A program made the translations under genes and the position numbers. DNA of 62,960 bases, the filler included, from Choristocarpus tenellus KU-1152 (taxonomy: Eukaryota > Protista > Phaeophyceae), in the NCBI GenBank assembly GCA_964200185.2. It is 9 parts of 9 records of this genome, joined end to end, with 100 filler letters (N's around TTAATTAATTAA, not from the genome) between each part and the next. Parts side by side here need not be neighbours in the genome. Positions count along the whole stretch, not along the records: positions 1 to 13,682 come from CAXNAD020001408.1; positions 13,783 to 20,697 come from CAXNAD020007070.1; positions 20,798 to 26,108 come from CAXNAD020011193.1; 6 more parts are not named here. One strand, 5' to 3'. This document shows positions 12,476-23,620 of this stretch, one piece after another. The stretch's first letter is position 1. Each line of letters begins with the position of its first letter. The notes under the pieces are model-generated. The model ran no database searches, was not told the origin of the DNA, and saw only the letters and a program-made list of their open reading frames with translations.

Positions 12476-13367
12476 GTATGGTTTCCCAATGAACTGTTTA
12501 AGGTAATGAATTTTGTTGTGTGCCTGATAGAAAAAGGTTGGGCTTGTTTGAGTCAGGTTATTGGATATTTGAGGTGGGGGTTTAGTGTTAGGGTCTTGTT
12601 CAAATGAATAGACCCTAACCCTACGGATTTGCTATCATATGTGAGGCTTTTATAGATGACGACATACGGCGTGTCGTCGTTATTATTTTTTTAAAGATAT
12701 TAGTTCAATGTCGTATAGTACGGTGCGGAAATTCTTCCTTGTTTGGTACGGATCATTGACGAACTATTCCCGTATTTTATGGTGGGCCCCAAATTAAATG
12801 GGCGTATGGGAAGTGGTGATGGAGGGTGAGCCATACCTTTTCGGCATTGAGGGATGTGTGCTTTGGGAGTCGGCGACTGGAACCCATGCGTTGGTAAGGT
12901 CTCGTAACGGCCCTGGAGTGTCCATCCCATGTGTAAGATGCGATGGTTCTTGTCCTTCCCGCGAACGGAGGTGCAAAGGTTGGTTAGATGTTCTGCATTG
13001 CTTGTATTGCTGCTCTTTGTGCCTGGTTCAATGGGATGAATGACTCGATGTGGGGCGAGTGTAATGGACAGTTTCTCTTTGTGATATTTGTCATATTTTT
13101 CTTCCTATATACGAAAAAAATTCCTTACGTTGGGGTAGACTATATGGGAGGAGTGAGGGAATGCAGACAGTTTCGGGTACATAATCATATTCCAATTATT
13201 CTATTTAGACACTTTATTCTTCTTTTATTGAACGAAAATGTTGGAGGAAGTTGTCGCTAATCGAGAAAGTGATTCAACTTTAACTTGGAGTGGGTATTGT
13301 GGATATCTCAGTATTAGAGAATAGAACAGTATAAATACATGGATATGTGATTCCATCTGCGACATCC

Positions 13368-13455
13368 ATGTCAAAGTATCTTAGAGGGTAGAGCCGCGTT
13401 CATTTTGGGTTTAAAATACAATGTTGCGATTTTGATGTGATTTGGGATATTTTTG
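13368..13455 (+). mobile_element. MITE-A partial
   Basis: GTCAAAGTATCTTAGAGGGTAGAGCCGCG..GTTGCGATTTTGATG. Confidence 0.85.
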
Positions 13456-13661
13456 AACCCCATCTAATGCTACGTGGTTGACTTTGCACTGGTGATCCTC
13501 CACAGTCATGACAGCTCACAATCTCGAAGTTGTACGCATCCCAATCTATATGAGAACTAAGCCACGTCTAGAGGGCTTATCACGTGGGTTGTTTCCTGAC
13601 AAGAACAGAGCTCGCAAAAGTTATGTAACATTTAATTCCGAACAAAGTAAGTACGAGACAT

Positions 13662-13682
13662 GAACCAAAGTATCTGGGGGAG
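13662..13682 (+). mobile_element. MITE-B end at contig break
   Basis: GAACCAAAGTATCTGGGGGAG. Confidence 0.7.
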
Positions 13683-13782
13683 NNNNNNNNNNNNNNNNNN
13701 NNNNNNNNNNNNNNNNNNNNNNNNNNTTAATTAATTAANNNNNNNNNNNNNNNNNNNNNNNNNNNNNNNNNNNNNNNNNNNN
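13683..13782. other. Artificial contig spacer (N44-TTAATTAATTAA-N44); also at 20698-20797, 26109-26208, 33043-33142, 44451-44550, 50402-50501, 56204-56303, 59132-59231
   Basis: Identical 100-nt N blocks with a central six-frame-stop linker. Confidence 0.98.
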
Positions 13783-14388
13783 TAAGGGGGGGGGGGGGGG
13801 GGGGGGGGGGGCAGGTGCAGGGAGCGTGAAACAGGAAGAAAAAAAAACGAAAACAAGGGTTTCCGGAAAATGAATGGCGTTTGAAATGGGGGCAACAGTG
13901 GAATTTGAGGGAAAAAATCAAGGGGTTTCTAGCAAAAAAGAATGGCATTTGAAATAGGATAGCCGTGAAATTTGAGGGAAAGAATCAAAGGGTTTCCAGA
14001 AAAAGAATGGCGTTTCAAATGAGGGAAAAAATCAAGGAGTTTCCCCCCCCAAAAAAAGCCTCGAAGCAAAAAAATTCTTGTACAAAAAAAGAAAACTGTG
14101 TTTGTGATTAGAAAATTAGCACATTTTTTTTAACAGCATCTGCAGAGCACTCTGCAGGAGAAAGATGTACACCTCTTTGCCTCAAAGTTTAGACACAGTA
14201 AGAAAAAGATGTACTCCGTATATTATCGAGATTAAGGTCACACACAACTCCAAAGACATTAAAAAAAATAATAAAAGAGAAGGAAAATAAAAATAAAAAT
14301 TCCACCTCCTGCCAACATTGCGCACTATTGACCCTAAACCTAAGATAACTTGAAAACGTTTTTGCATTACACTAAACAGTAAGAAAAA

Positions 14389-15150
14389 GAGTGAAAGCAT
14401 CTCAGGGTTAGGGTTAGGGTACGAATTTCCCCCTGTTTGTCTGTTTGGGGCTTGACTTCCCATGTCTTTTCTTTTAATGATATTTTACCTACTCCAAAGT
14501 GTTTCGTAGTAGGTTAAAATGTACACGTTATGAAAAGGTGTGTCCACAACAAGGATATTGACACTTCCCAACAAACACAACAGTCAAAATTACATCAAAA
14601 AATCACAACATTGGATTTTGCCCCCCAAACGGACACAGCTCTACCCTAACCCTAAGATACTCTAAGAAACTCTAAGATATTCTAAGATACCCTAAGAAAC
14701 TCTAAGATACCCTAAGATATCCTAAGATACTCTAAGATACTCTAAGATATCCTAAGATACTCTAATAAACTCTGAGATACTCTAAGATATCCTAAGATAC
14801 TCTAAGAAACTCTAAGATATTCTAAGATACCCTAAGATACTCTAAGAAACTCTAAGATACCCTAAGATACCCTAAGATATCCTAAGATACCCTAAGATAC
14901 TCTAATAAACTCTAAGATACTCTAATAAACTCTGAGATACTCTAAGATATCCTAAGATACTCTAAGAAACTCTAAGATATTCTAAGATACCCTAAGATAC
15001 TCTAAGATATTCTAAGATATCCTAAGATACTCTAAGAAACTCTAAGATACTCTAAGATACCCTAAGATATTCTAAGATACCCTAAGATACTCTAAGATAC
15101 TCTAAGATACTCTAAGATACCCTAAGATATCCTAAGATACTCTAAGACTC
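14389..15150 (-). mobile_element. MITE-A with telomeric repeats in both TIRs and a satellite expansion in one TIR
   Basis: GAGTGAAAGCATCTCAGGGTTAGGGTTAGGGTA start; MITE-A body; ends TAAGACTC at 15150; flanks AAAA/ACAA. Confidence 0.85.
14651..15147. repeat. 10-bp minisatellite (YCTAAGATAY), ~50 units
   Basis: Direct reading; unit equals the TIR segment CTAAGATAC. Confidence 0.97.
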
Positions 15151-15719
15151 ACAACCAAGAACAACAAACACATGCGTGAGCAAGTACTTCAACAAGCATG
15201 TGCCTGTACAAAAAAATTACACAAGGGACATGAGCATGTGTGTGTGTGTGTGTGTGTGTGTTTGTTTTAATATAATAATAATCATAATAATAATAATAAA
15301 TAGTCGGAACACCCGAGCTCGTTAACTCAACTGAAAAATATCAGTTCATTTAATTATTATTATTATTATTACTATTATGGTTATTATTATCATTCTTACT
15401 ATTATGATTATTACTTCTATTATCATCATTATTATTATCATTACCTGGGTTTCTCACACATGCTTACACCCATGGAAATATGGGTATATAAAAAAAGATT
15501 ACCCTAACCCTATCCATATTTCAAGCATTATGTTAAAAAAATATGGACATAAGAAGCCCTTCTGCACATGCACACTATTATATTATTATATAACTACCAC
15601 ACCATGCAAAACATACGGAATTATTATATTAAAAAAAAGAAAGAACGAATCTAACGAGAAAATTTAGTTAAATTCTAAAAAAACAAAACATCAAGGAAAG
15701 AAAAAAAAATGGAATGCAG

Positions 15720-16170
15720 AAAAAAATATACTGATATTTAAATTCTAAAAAAACAAATGTTCACCTACGCTGGAGACCCTCTCTTTGAAATGAACACGGA
15801 CTTGCCTTCATATTTTTTTTAAATAGAACACACAAAAAAAAAAAAAGGCATTCACCTGTCAGAACTCTCCTCACTGAAAGATATGGACATCTCTTCATTA
15901 AAAAAAATATAGGAACACAAAAAAATTAAATGTTCACCTGTCAGAACTCCTTGCTGAAAAACATGGACATCTCCTTATTTATCTCAAAAAACGTATAGGA
16001 ACACAAATAAAATTAAATCAAAAAATGACGTTCACCTGCCAGAACTCCATAAAATAAAAAAGATACGGACGTCTCTTCATCTATTTTATTTAAAAATAGT
16101 AACAAAAATTAAGAATTAAAAAAATAGTTTCACCTGCCAGAACTCTCTCTGAAAGATATGGACGTCGGTG
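15720..16170. repeat. ~82-98 bp tandem repeat x5 spanning an exon/5' splice-site junction
   Basis: TTCACCTG(T/C)CAGAACTC..AAGATATGGAC-like units at 15760, 15851, 15933, 16031, 16129. Confidence 0.85.
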
Positions 16171-17527
16171 TTGAAAGCGCTCTCAAAAATCAGGATTGGA
16201 AGGAAAACAAAGAGAATAATCTCTGGACTTACATCAGCCCTGTTTCATCAAGTTGAAGCAAAAGTTATGTATGTTATGTTCTTGTGCTGTGGTAGCAGGG
16301 GTTGGTTTAGTTAGAGGCGGGGAATAGAGTTACAGGGGTACTGCATTACAAAAGTGTTGTATTATGTTGGTTGCGTTGTGTTCTATGGAGTATTATTGTG
16401 TTACAACAATGTGGTGTGTAACTGTGCTACAATGTATTGTAGTGTGTTGCATTGTATCGTATTTTAGTGTGTTGAGTTGCATTGTATCGTATTTTATTGT
16501 GTTGTATTTTATTGTGTTGTATTTTATTGTGTTGTATTTTATTGTGTTGTATTTTATTGTGTTGTATGGTGCATTACTGCATTACAATTTCTTGTAGTGT
16601 GTTGTATTTATAGTGTTGTGTTATGTTACATTGTGTTGTATGGTGTTGATGGATGAATGCTTGCAATAAAAAATGAATTTGGAATATGACATAGTGAGCG
16701 AAATCATCTAAGAGTAACTTCTAGGTAGATCAGCTTTGACTCTTTTGACCAGTAACATGCTTGTTCGTACCCTGTGAAATTTAAAATTTAAAATTTTAAC
16801 CACCTCCATACCTTAACGGAGTTAACCTCCCTAAGGACAGCAAAGCTTCCTTGTTAACACACCCTTTGCGAAAAGCACCCTAACCCCACTACATGTTATA
16901 TACTATTATTATCCTGTTAACACACCACTATTAGTGTTTAGTGCTCAAAACACATGAAGACAATGCATGTATGTATGTACCTATGCAACACGAGGGGCTT
17001 TTGAGACTCTTGATAAGACTCTTGATAACAATGGTACAGTTCAATCAGCGTCAATCAACATCAATGATCTGTTAGTTCAGAAGACGAAATGTGATACAAA
17101 TACAAATGATACAATAATATAATAATGACATTACACCTCTCAGCAACAACTATACCTTGAGCATGAATGGATGGTTGGCTGGATGGATGTTTGGATGGAT
17201 GAATGGACTGATGGATGGATGGATGGATGGATGGATGGATTGATTGATGGATGGATTGATGGATGAATGGATTAATATGGATGGATGGATGGATGGATGG
17301 ATGGATAGATGGATAGAAATACACATGCAGTTCAACACAGCACAGCGCAGCCTATATACATCCCTAACCCTACTATCCCAATCCCTACCCCCCCCCAGAA
17401 AAAAAAAATACAATCGACTTGCCACTTGTCGAGGGACTCCCCAAACCAATCCAGATCGCCGGAAGCCTGGTGCAGAATGACCCCCAATCCAAGGCCCATC
17501 AAGAGGATGATCACTGTGTATGGTATA
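16134..17527 (-). CDS. SOS1: Two internal exons (17527-17423, 16239-16134) of a SOS1/NHX7/SLC9C-like Na+/H+ antiporter
   Basis: [23 protein letters not shown]|[35 protein letters not shown] matches the SOS1 N-terminal TM region; exon phases consistent. Confidence 0.85.
16440..16570. repeat. 15-bp tandem (TGTATTTTATTGTGT)n
   Basis: Direct reading. Confidence 0.9.
17165..17315. repeat. (TGGA)n microsatellite
   Basis: Direct reading. Confidence 0.95.
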
Positions 17528-17969
17528 CTAAGGGAGAGGATCAAGAGGATCATATTCATTGGATCGATTTGATTGGAAGGGAGACAAGAAAAAAAAAGAA
17601 AAACTAAGTAATTAATTATAAAGTGTTAGCGAAATCGAAATCGCATCGGAGTTGTTTGATTTTTTTTTCATTCACAGACAGTTCAGTTCGATCGGGTTCA
17701 GTGGGGGGTTTGTTTTGTTTTGTTTGTTTTTTTAACATCATAATAATTATAATAATAAATAGTCGGAACGCCCGTTGTAACTTGCATTATAACTCGACTG
17801 AAAAATATTATTGGTTCATTTTACTATTATTATTATTAATATTATTATGTACAATAGTAATGGCAGTAGCAACAGTAAGACGAAATATAAGAAATAATAA
17901 ATATAATGATATGTAATAATGTTTAAGAGCAGTAACACGCCTTTTATCCGAGAGGAAGCAGGTCCTATG

Positions 17970-18092
17970 TTTAATTGTAATAATAATAATAAGTTTAATT
18001 GTAACGTAATAATAATAAGTTTAATTGCAACGTAACAATAATAAGTTTAATTGCAACGTAATAATAATAAGTTTAATTGTAACGTAATAATA
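17970..18092. repeat. ~23 bp tandem (AATAATAAGTTTAATTGYAACGT)
   Basis: Direct reading. Confidence 0.9.
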
Positions 18093-18487
18093 CCACCAAC
18101 TACATCTGAAACACTAATATTAACAAAATCACAGTAACGATAATTAAGAAAAAAAAACATTAAATTTTTTTTTATATATTTATTATTATTATTATTATTA
18201 TACCACAGCATGCTTCTGCGGCACTACTCTTAAAAAATGACAGCAACGACAATAAAGAAAAAATATTAAAAAATTATTAAACAGCACACGTCCGTGACAC
18301 TGCAATTAAAAAAAAAATTATTGCTACTGATAAATCACAGTAACAATCACAATAATAATAACAAATAAATAACCATCTCATAAATCTGTCATGCACACAC
18401 ACACACACACACAAATGCGCAAGCATTTTAATCAATGATAGTGCCGGAAACATTGAAATAGTATAATCAAATATAATAATTGGTAAA

Positions 18488-18519
<32 letters not shown>

Positions 18520-18622
18520 GTCTTCACAAGGCTGGTCTTCGTTATAGACTAAAATGAAACAAAAAAAACTAAAATGTCTACAAAAAATAAAAGTAAAAAG
18601 AGTGTGATTCCCTTCCTCGGAG

Positions 18623-19651
18623 CTAAACATCCCGATAGTCATAGGGTACCGACCTCTTCTTTGCCCCATCCATACCAAATCTTTGACAAACACTCTTGAT
18701 GTACCTAGTCTGACTGATGGTGACAGTCTGTGCAGTTCTGTCACGTGAAATCTCACAACCCATATAATACTCAAGATCACCAAAATCTTCTGTGGAAAAC
18801 TGCTCTTTGATCCTAGGGCAAACCCAAATCAAAACATCAATTTTACCAGCTACCAATACATCATCTACGTGGGGGGCGATCACCGCACAAACAACACCAT
18901 CTCTTACATAGCGTAACACACATGGGTCTGCTTTGCATTGCTCAAAACCACACTTTTCCAAAAAGTGCACCAACAGATTGTTGAACTCTCTGCTTGCCTG
19001 TTTGGTGCCATAAAGTGCCTTGACTAAACGCACAATCTTTCCAGACCATATACCACATCCATCACACAAACGAACAAAGATCTCTTCATTTATATCTGCT
19101 TGTATGAAAGCTTGTTTTACATCCCAATATTTCAATTCCCAACCCTTGTCTGCAGCTAAAGCTAAAGCAATTTTCAAAGATGCAGGGGACGGTGTTGGTG
19201 CAAAGGTATCTTGATAATCTAAACCCTCAATCTGTCGAAAACCTTTTGCTACCAAACGTGCCTTGTACCTAACTACCTCACCAAATTTGCTAGTCTTACG
19301 CTTGTGAATCAATTTAGTGTCTATACGAATTCATTTAGTGTATATATGAATCCATTTAGTGTATATATGAATCCTTTTAGTGTCTATATGAATCCATGTA
19401 GTGTCTATAGTCCTGCGTCCAGGGGGTAATACGGCCTCCACCCAAACATTATCCAACAACAAACCAGATATTTCTTCTGCTCTACCTCGATCCCATAAAT
19501 CACCTTCGGGAGAGCTTCGTGCTGCTCTTACAGTCTTGGGTTCTGGAGGGAGTTCATCCGCTAACACATTAATAGAATCATCACTCGCACACATCACAAG
19601 GTAGTCTCTATGGAAAACCGACGAAAAAATCAAACAATGGAACTCTTGCAA
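18623..19651 (-). mobile_element. Ty1/Copia reverse transcriptase fragment (RVT_2)
   Basis: EPKT..W..EEISGL..NVW..LPPGRRTIDT; RYKARLVAKGFRQIEGLDYQDTFAP; DVKQAF; KALYGTKQASR; HVDD; disrupted by 21-bp tandem at 19304-19408; truncated. Confidence 0.95.
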
Positions 19652-19724
19652 AATAAAACAGCGGAAAAATCAAAGAAGCTTGCGCAATGGTGACCTCAGC
19701 ATCCGGTCTCCACTTCCTGAACTC

Positions 19725-20697
19725 TCACCAATCTAGACCTCTATCCATAACAATAAACGTCTTTCTCATATTCCCCTTGTCCTCTCGATCAGTCCAGGAG
19801 ATACTATTCTCAACACCCTGGCCGCCCCCGGCATCCTGTTCTAGGTCAGGCGCACCTGGGTATGGCCCCCCCTCCTGCTGGGGTGGGGGCCCCGCAGGTG
19901 ACTCCTGTCCAACCGGCAGCTGCTGGGGCTCATAGGCTGCAGGTTCAGGCGGCGCCAGAGGCGGTGGTGGTGGTGGTGGCACTTCCTGCTACCCCTGCCC
20001 TTCCGGGCCTGATGGCCATGGGGTTCCCCCCATAGACGGCACATCACTGTCGGGCACCCTATCCAGCACCTCCATGTACCACTTGAACTGCTTGAGCAAT
20101 CCACCACCATTCTCAGCAGTTAGAGCAGTTGCTACGGTGTCATAACGCCACACCGGTGTAATGGCCACATCACCCATGATCATCCGATCATGGAAATGCC
20201 AGTCGGAGTATGCCCCACCCCGGTATGACAACCACCGCTTGACAGGCGTGAAGTAGGAGTTCCTGTAGGCTGGCACATCGACCTGGTACCCCAACTGCAC
20301 AGCCTGGGGAGGATACACCATCAGTGAGGCCACGGCCTCCATTGCTGTCTTGCCAGTCTGAATAGCTCTCACACCATACCAATGCTTAACAGCACGAGCA
20401 TTGACTGGCACCACAGGATCAATGACCCCCTGAAGCACAGAGTTAGAGGGCACTTTCGGCATGACAGGGTAAATCTCTTCCCACTGAATAGCATCTTGGC
20501 GATCATACCATGCATAGATGTCAGCCGGCACTGAGACACCAATCCCAGCCCGTAGGAAGAACCTTCCCCAACTCCCACTGATACCCAGGCTATTGCAGAC
20601 CTGGTTGCCCGCAGCTGCTATGGAGTTGACCCCACGCCTACTGTTCATCCACCGTAGCTTGTCTTGCAGGCCGAAATTCGACCGTATAGGCTCGAAA
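19725..20697 (-). other. GC-rich intronless ORF, open from the contig edge, with Pro/Gly/Ala-rich tail; candidate endogenized toti-like dsRNA-virus capsid C-terminus
   Basis: ~235 codons to TAG at 19989, then in-frame PPPPPPLAPPEPAA tail; Trp/Tyr-rich; no Copia gag/IN motifs; composition differs from neighbours. Confidence 0.45.
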
Positions 20698-20797
20698 NNN
20701 NNNNNNNNNNNNNNNNNNNNNNNNNNNNNNNNNNNNNNNNNTTAATTAATTAANNNNNNNNNNNNNNNNNNNNNNNNNNNNNNNNNNNNNNNNNNNN

Positions 20798-20817
20798 CCC
20801 CCCCAGATACTTTGAGT
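20798..20817 (+). mobile_element. MITE-B end at contig start
   Basis: CCCCCCAGATACTTTGAGTC. Confidence 0.75.
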
Positions 20818-20819
20818 CT

Positions 20820-21316
20820 GGACCCCGTTATATTCGAAGTCATCTTGCCCTGTGCATTGCACTCAAACTCATTACTTTATGTGCACAATAGTGTTCGCGA
20901 AGTTGATAGTCCCTTGTCACACACGAAGTGATACCACAATTCTCAAAAACTCCTTCTGAAATTGTACAAAATGACTTCTTTCTGCCCTTTCTTGGGATCC
21001 TTAACATGCAACCCTACCTAACCTACCTCTCAATTACTTCGGCTCTTATGCATATGAAACTGAGGCATCTTATCACTACTTGTCTTAAGACAGCTCCTTG
21101 GCTGCATTGATATCTATGTTACCTGACAATGGCTTGTTTAAAGTTTGAGATGATGTTGCTTGGTTGCGGTGTCAATTTGTGTGTGGAAGGGGGAACATTA
21201 ATTTTGGGTACACTACTGTTCACATCAAGCAGTGAAATAGAGTGTATAGCACAGGGTAAAATATGACTCAGAATGCCAAGGGGTTCAAACCTGCTTACCT
21301 CTCAGTCGGTTTGTCT
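20820..21316. mobile_element. Two partial, oppositely oriented MITE-C copies
   Basis: 20840-21045 is the reverse-complement homolog of 26555-26750; 21170-21316 is a direct homolog ending GGTTTGTCTC. Confidence 0.7.
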
Positions 21317-22559
21317 CATTATCAAACAAACAGGTGGAAAGATTATGAAAGAGAAACAAAGGACTACCGAGTAGGCATACGTCAAATTCTATCAGTGCTG
21401 AAGATATCACCAACTGAAAATGTAATAGAAGTTATGAACGAACAAATGACATGTTTTGGTCTATCTCTAATTGTTACAATGGACTTGAACCCACGCCATG
21501 AGAAATAAGTCAGGGAGCGATTTGCATAATCAAACAACAAATTGGATGAGGCATAAAAATGAGGAGTATAAATAATACAAACGTATTTAAACTTTACAGT
21601 GAATTTGATATATTCATCAATATGTCATTAACTTTAAGCTTTTTGGTGTCAAAATATGTATTGAAAAAAAAAATCAAGCTTTAATTATGAGGTATGTAAC
21701 ATATGTTGTAGTCTGTTGTTATTGAAATGCATGCTTCAAATACAATAGTTGCAATTTAACATCGATCATTTTGCAGATGACGATAATATTTTCTCCACAT
21801 AATTCCAGGTCTTGACAGGTCCCGACAATACTAACCTGCGAGCAACACACGAGCAGACATTTCCAACAAGTCAAAAGAAATCGTCCAACCACAGGTTCAA
21901 CCTCATTTCCCAAACATTCAGCATTGCAAACCCAATGGATTGTTTCACAACATACAGGCACTACATGAAGATACGTCCCTTAGCCTGTGGAGAAGTCAAA
22001 GTCCACACCTGGGTTCAAAACTGTAGCTCCAATCCGTCAACACCAACCTTGGCGGAGCTGGATCTATGTAATACGTTGCTCATTTGACAACACAAAACCT
22101 CCCATCTATTTGTTATGGTCTGACTCCGGTATTATACTACAGGATCGAGGGGATGTCTTGTAAGTAGATAGGTTTTTTTTATGTTCGTTTATATTTCACC
22201 TTAGCAGGAATGAAATCAAGCACATAAACACAGTACTATCAACTAGTGTTGATTGTTGATTCGTCCACCAATATTGGTACTTAGTCTGTAAGCAGCTAGA
22301 TCACACATTTACTAATCTGTGAGGTAAGTGAGCACGAGTCACAGTTTCAATAGTGTACATATAAATATGTATTAGTATGCCCTCGGATATTTTCCAGATT
22401 TTACCTGGGAAAAAATCAATTAATATTGTGAGGACCGCTGTAAGAGTAACAGTTGTCATAAATGTGAAAGATATCTCTCCGAAACCTATGTACTATTTGA
22501 CTATCAACTATACTACACCACTCCCATAAATGCTGCTAGTAATTACAATGGTATATGTA

Positions 22560-22705
22560 GGCTCAAAGATTCTGGTGGGGGGTGGCGGCTGTCCACTTGG
22601 TGCCCATTTTTCCATGTTGCGACTTTTGGGTGATTTGGTTGTATGTGTCGGATGGAGAATGTAAACTCACTCCTCCTGGTCAGGGCCCAAATGAACGCCC
22701 TGGTG
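22560..22705 (-). mobile_element. MITE-B degenerate copy
   Basis: GGCTCAAAGATTCTGG..GGCTGTCCACTTGG..GTTGCGACTTTTGGGTGATTTGG. Confidence 0.75.
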
Positions 22706-23179
22706 TATGTACACTGCTGCTATGCCTCCAACCTAGCTTAGCCCTACACTACAGGGCGAGGACATGTGTAAATATAGTAGCTTATTCATATCGTTATCCA
22801 TGCAGTTGAGGCTCATAATCTGCGCAGATTTAGATTGCTATTTGTGTAAGTATGGAGAAAGAAAAGAAAAATATAAGCCTCACACGATTCCCTTCGCTGT
22901 ATGTGACGAAATGGCTGAAAATAAGAAAGTGATATGATTATGCATGGTGGGACTTGATTTAGTACCTGTTGCCTATCACTAGAAAGAAGTATTCACGGTG
23001 TTTCCAGAAAACTCCATCACGATGTAGAAAATGTCTCGAACATGTTCAACCTGTAATTTATTGTTGTCAACTATTTACCCGCTAACACCTCGAATACTTT
23101 CCGCTACATAATACTGTAATTCGTATCTCGCATTATGCGCAGAATCCAGTCTCAAAGATGACGTCGAGCAAATCGGAGA

Positions 23180-23620
23180 AATGTCTGGGCAGGGCCTTTA
23201 TTTGACCTGAGTGGTTTTCAAAACCTATGGTGGGCTACCCAGGAGGCTTTCTGCACGACATGCTATTGGTCTGCAACAAGACCGGGATAGGGTGGAATAT
23301 ATTCTAAGGTTCAAAAACGAGACTACCAAGATATTTCGGGTATTCATCTGTAATGTGACAGAGGTAGAGAACATGTGCATTGCATGTGCGAGGACTGATG
23401 AGGGGACGGAGTTCAAAACTGCTAGAATTGAGGATGAGCGGGATAAGCCCAAGATAAAGGCATGTACACAGTGCCTGGAAGTCCTCAGGTCAACGGGAAA
23501 GTGGAACGGGCTGTTGTACTGATTTCAGATAAACGGATTGGTCATGATGCAGGCAGCTGGTTTGAGGGATCGACTAGGATCATGGACTGAGCCACACAAT
23601 ATGATCACCACTCTTACTAA
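23180..23620 (+). pseudogene. Degenerate Copia integrase (rve) remnant
   Basis: YILRFKNETTKIF..ARTDEGTEFK..PGSPQVNGKVER across frameshifts. Confidence 0.65.

Noticed and set aside
1558-13368. MITE-A ends at 1558 and 13368 as the TIR pair of the central transposase
   Set aside because: Both point outward, away from the transposase, so they belong to separate elements
13727-13738. Palindromic TTAATTAATTAA repeated eight times
   Set aside because: Synthetic six-frame-stop linker inside N spacers; adjacency across these spacers has no biological meaning
14651-15147. CRISPR-like or repeat-spacer array
   Set aside because: Contiguous 10-bp units with no unique spacers, derived from a MITE TIR, in eukaryotic context
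17061-17480. IHPS/MDGW repeat proteins (also 60199-60478, 16364-16597)
   Set aside because: Microsatellite translations
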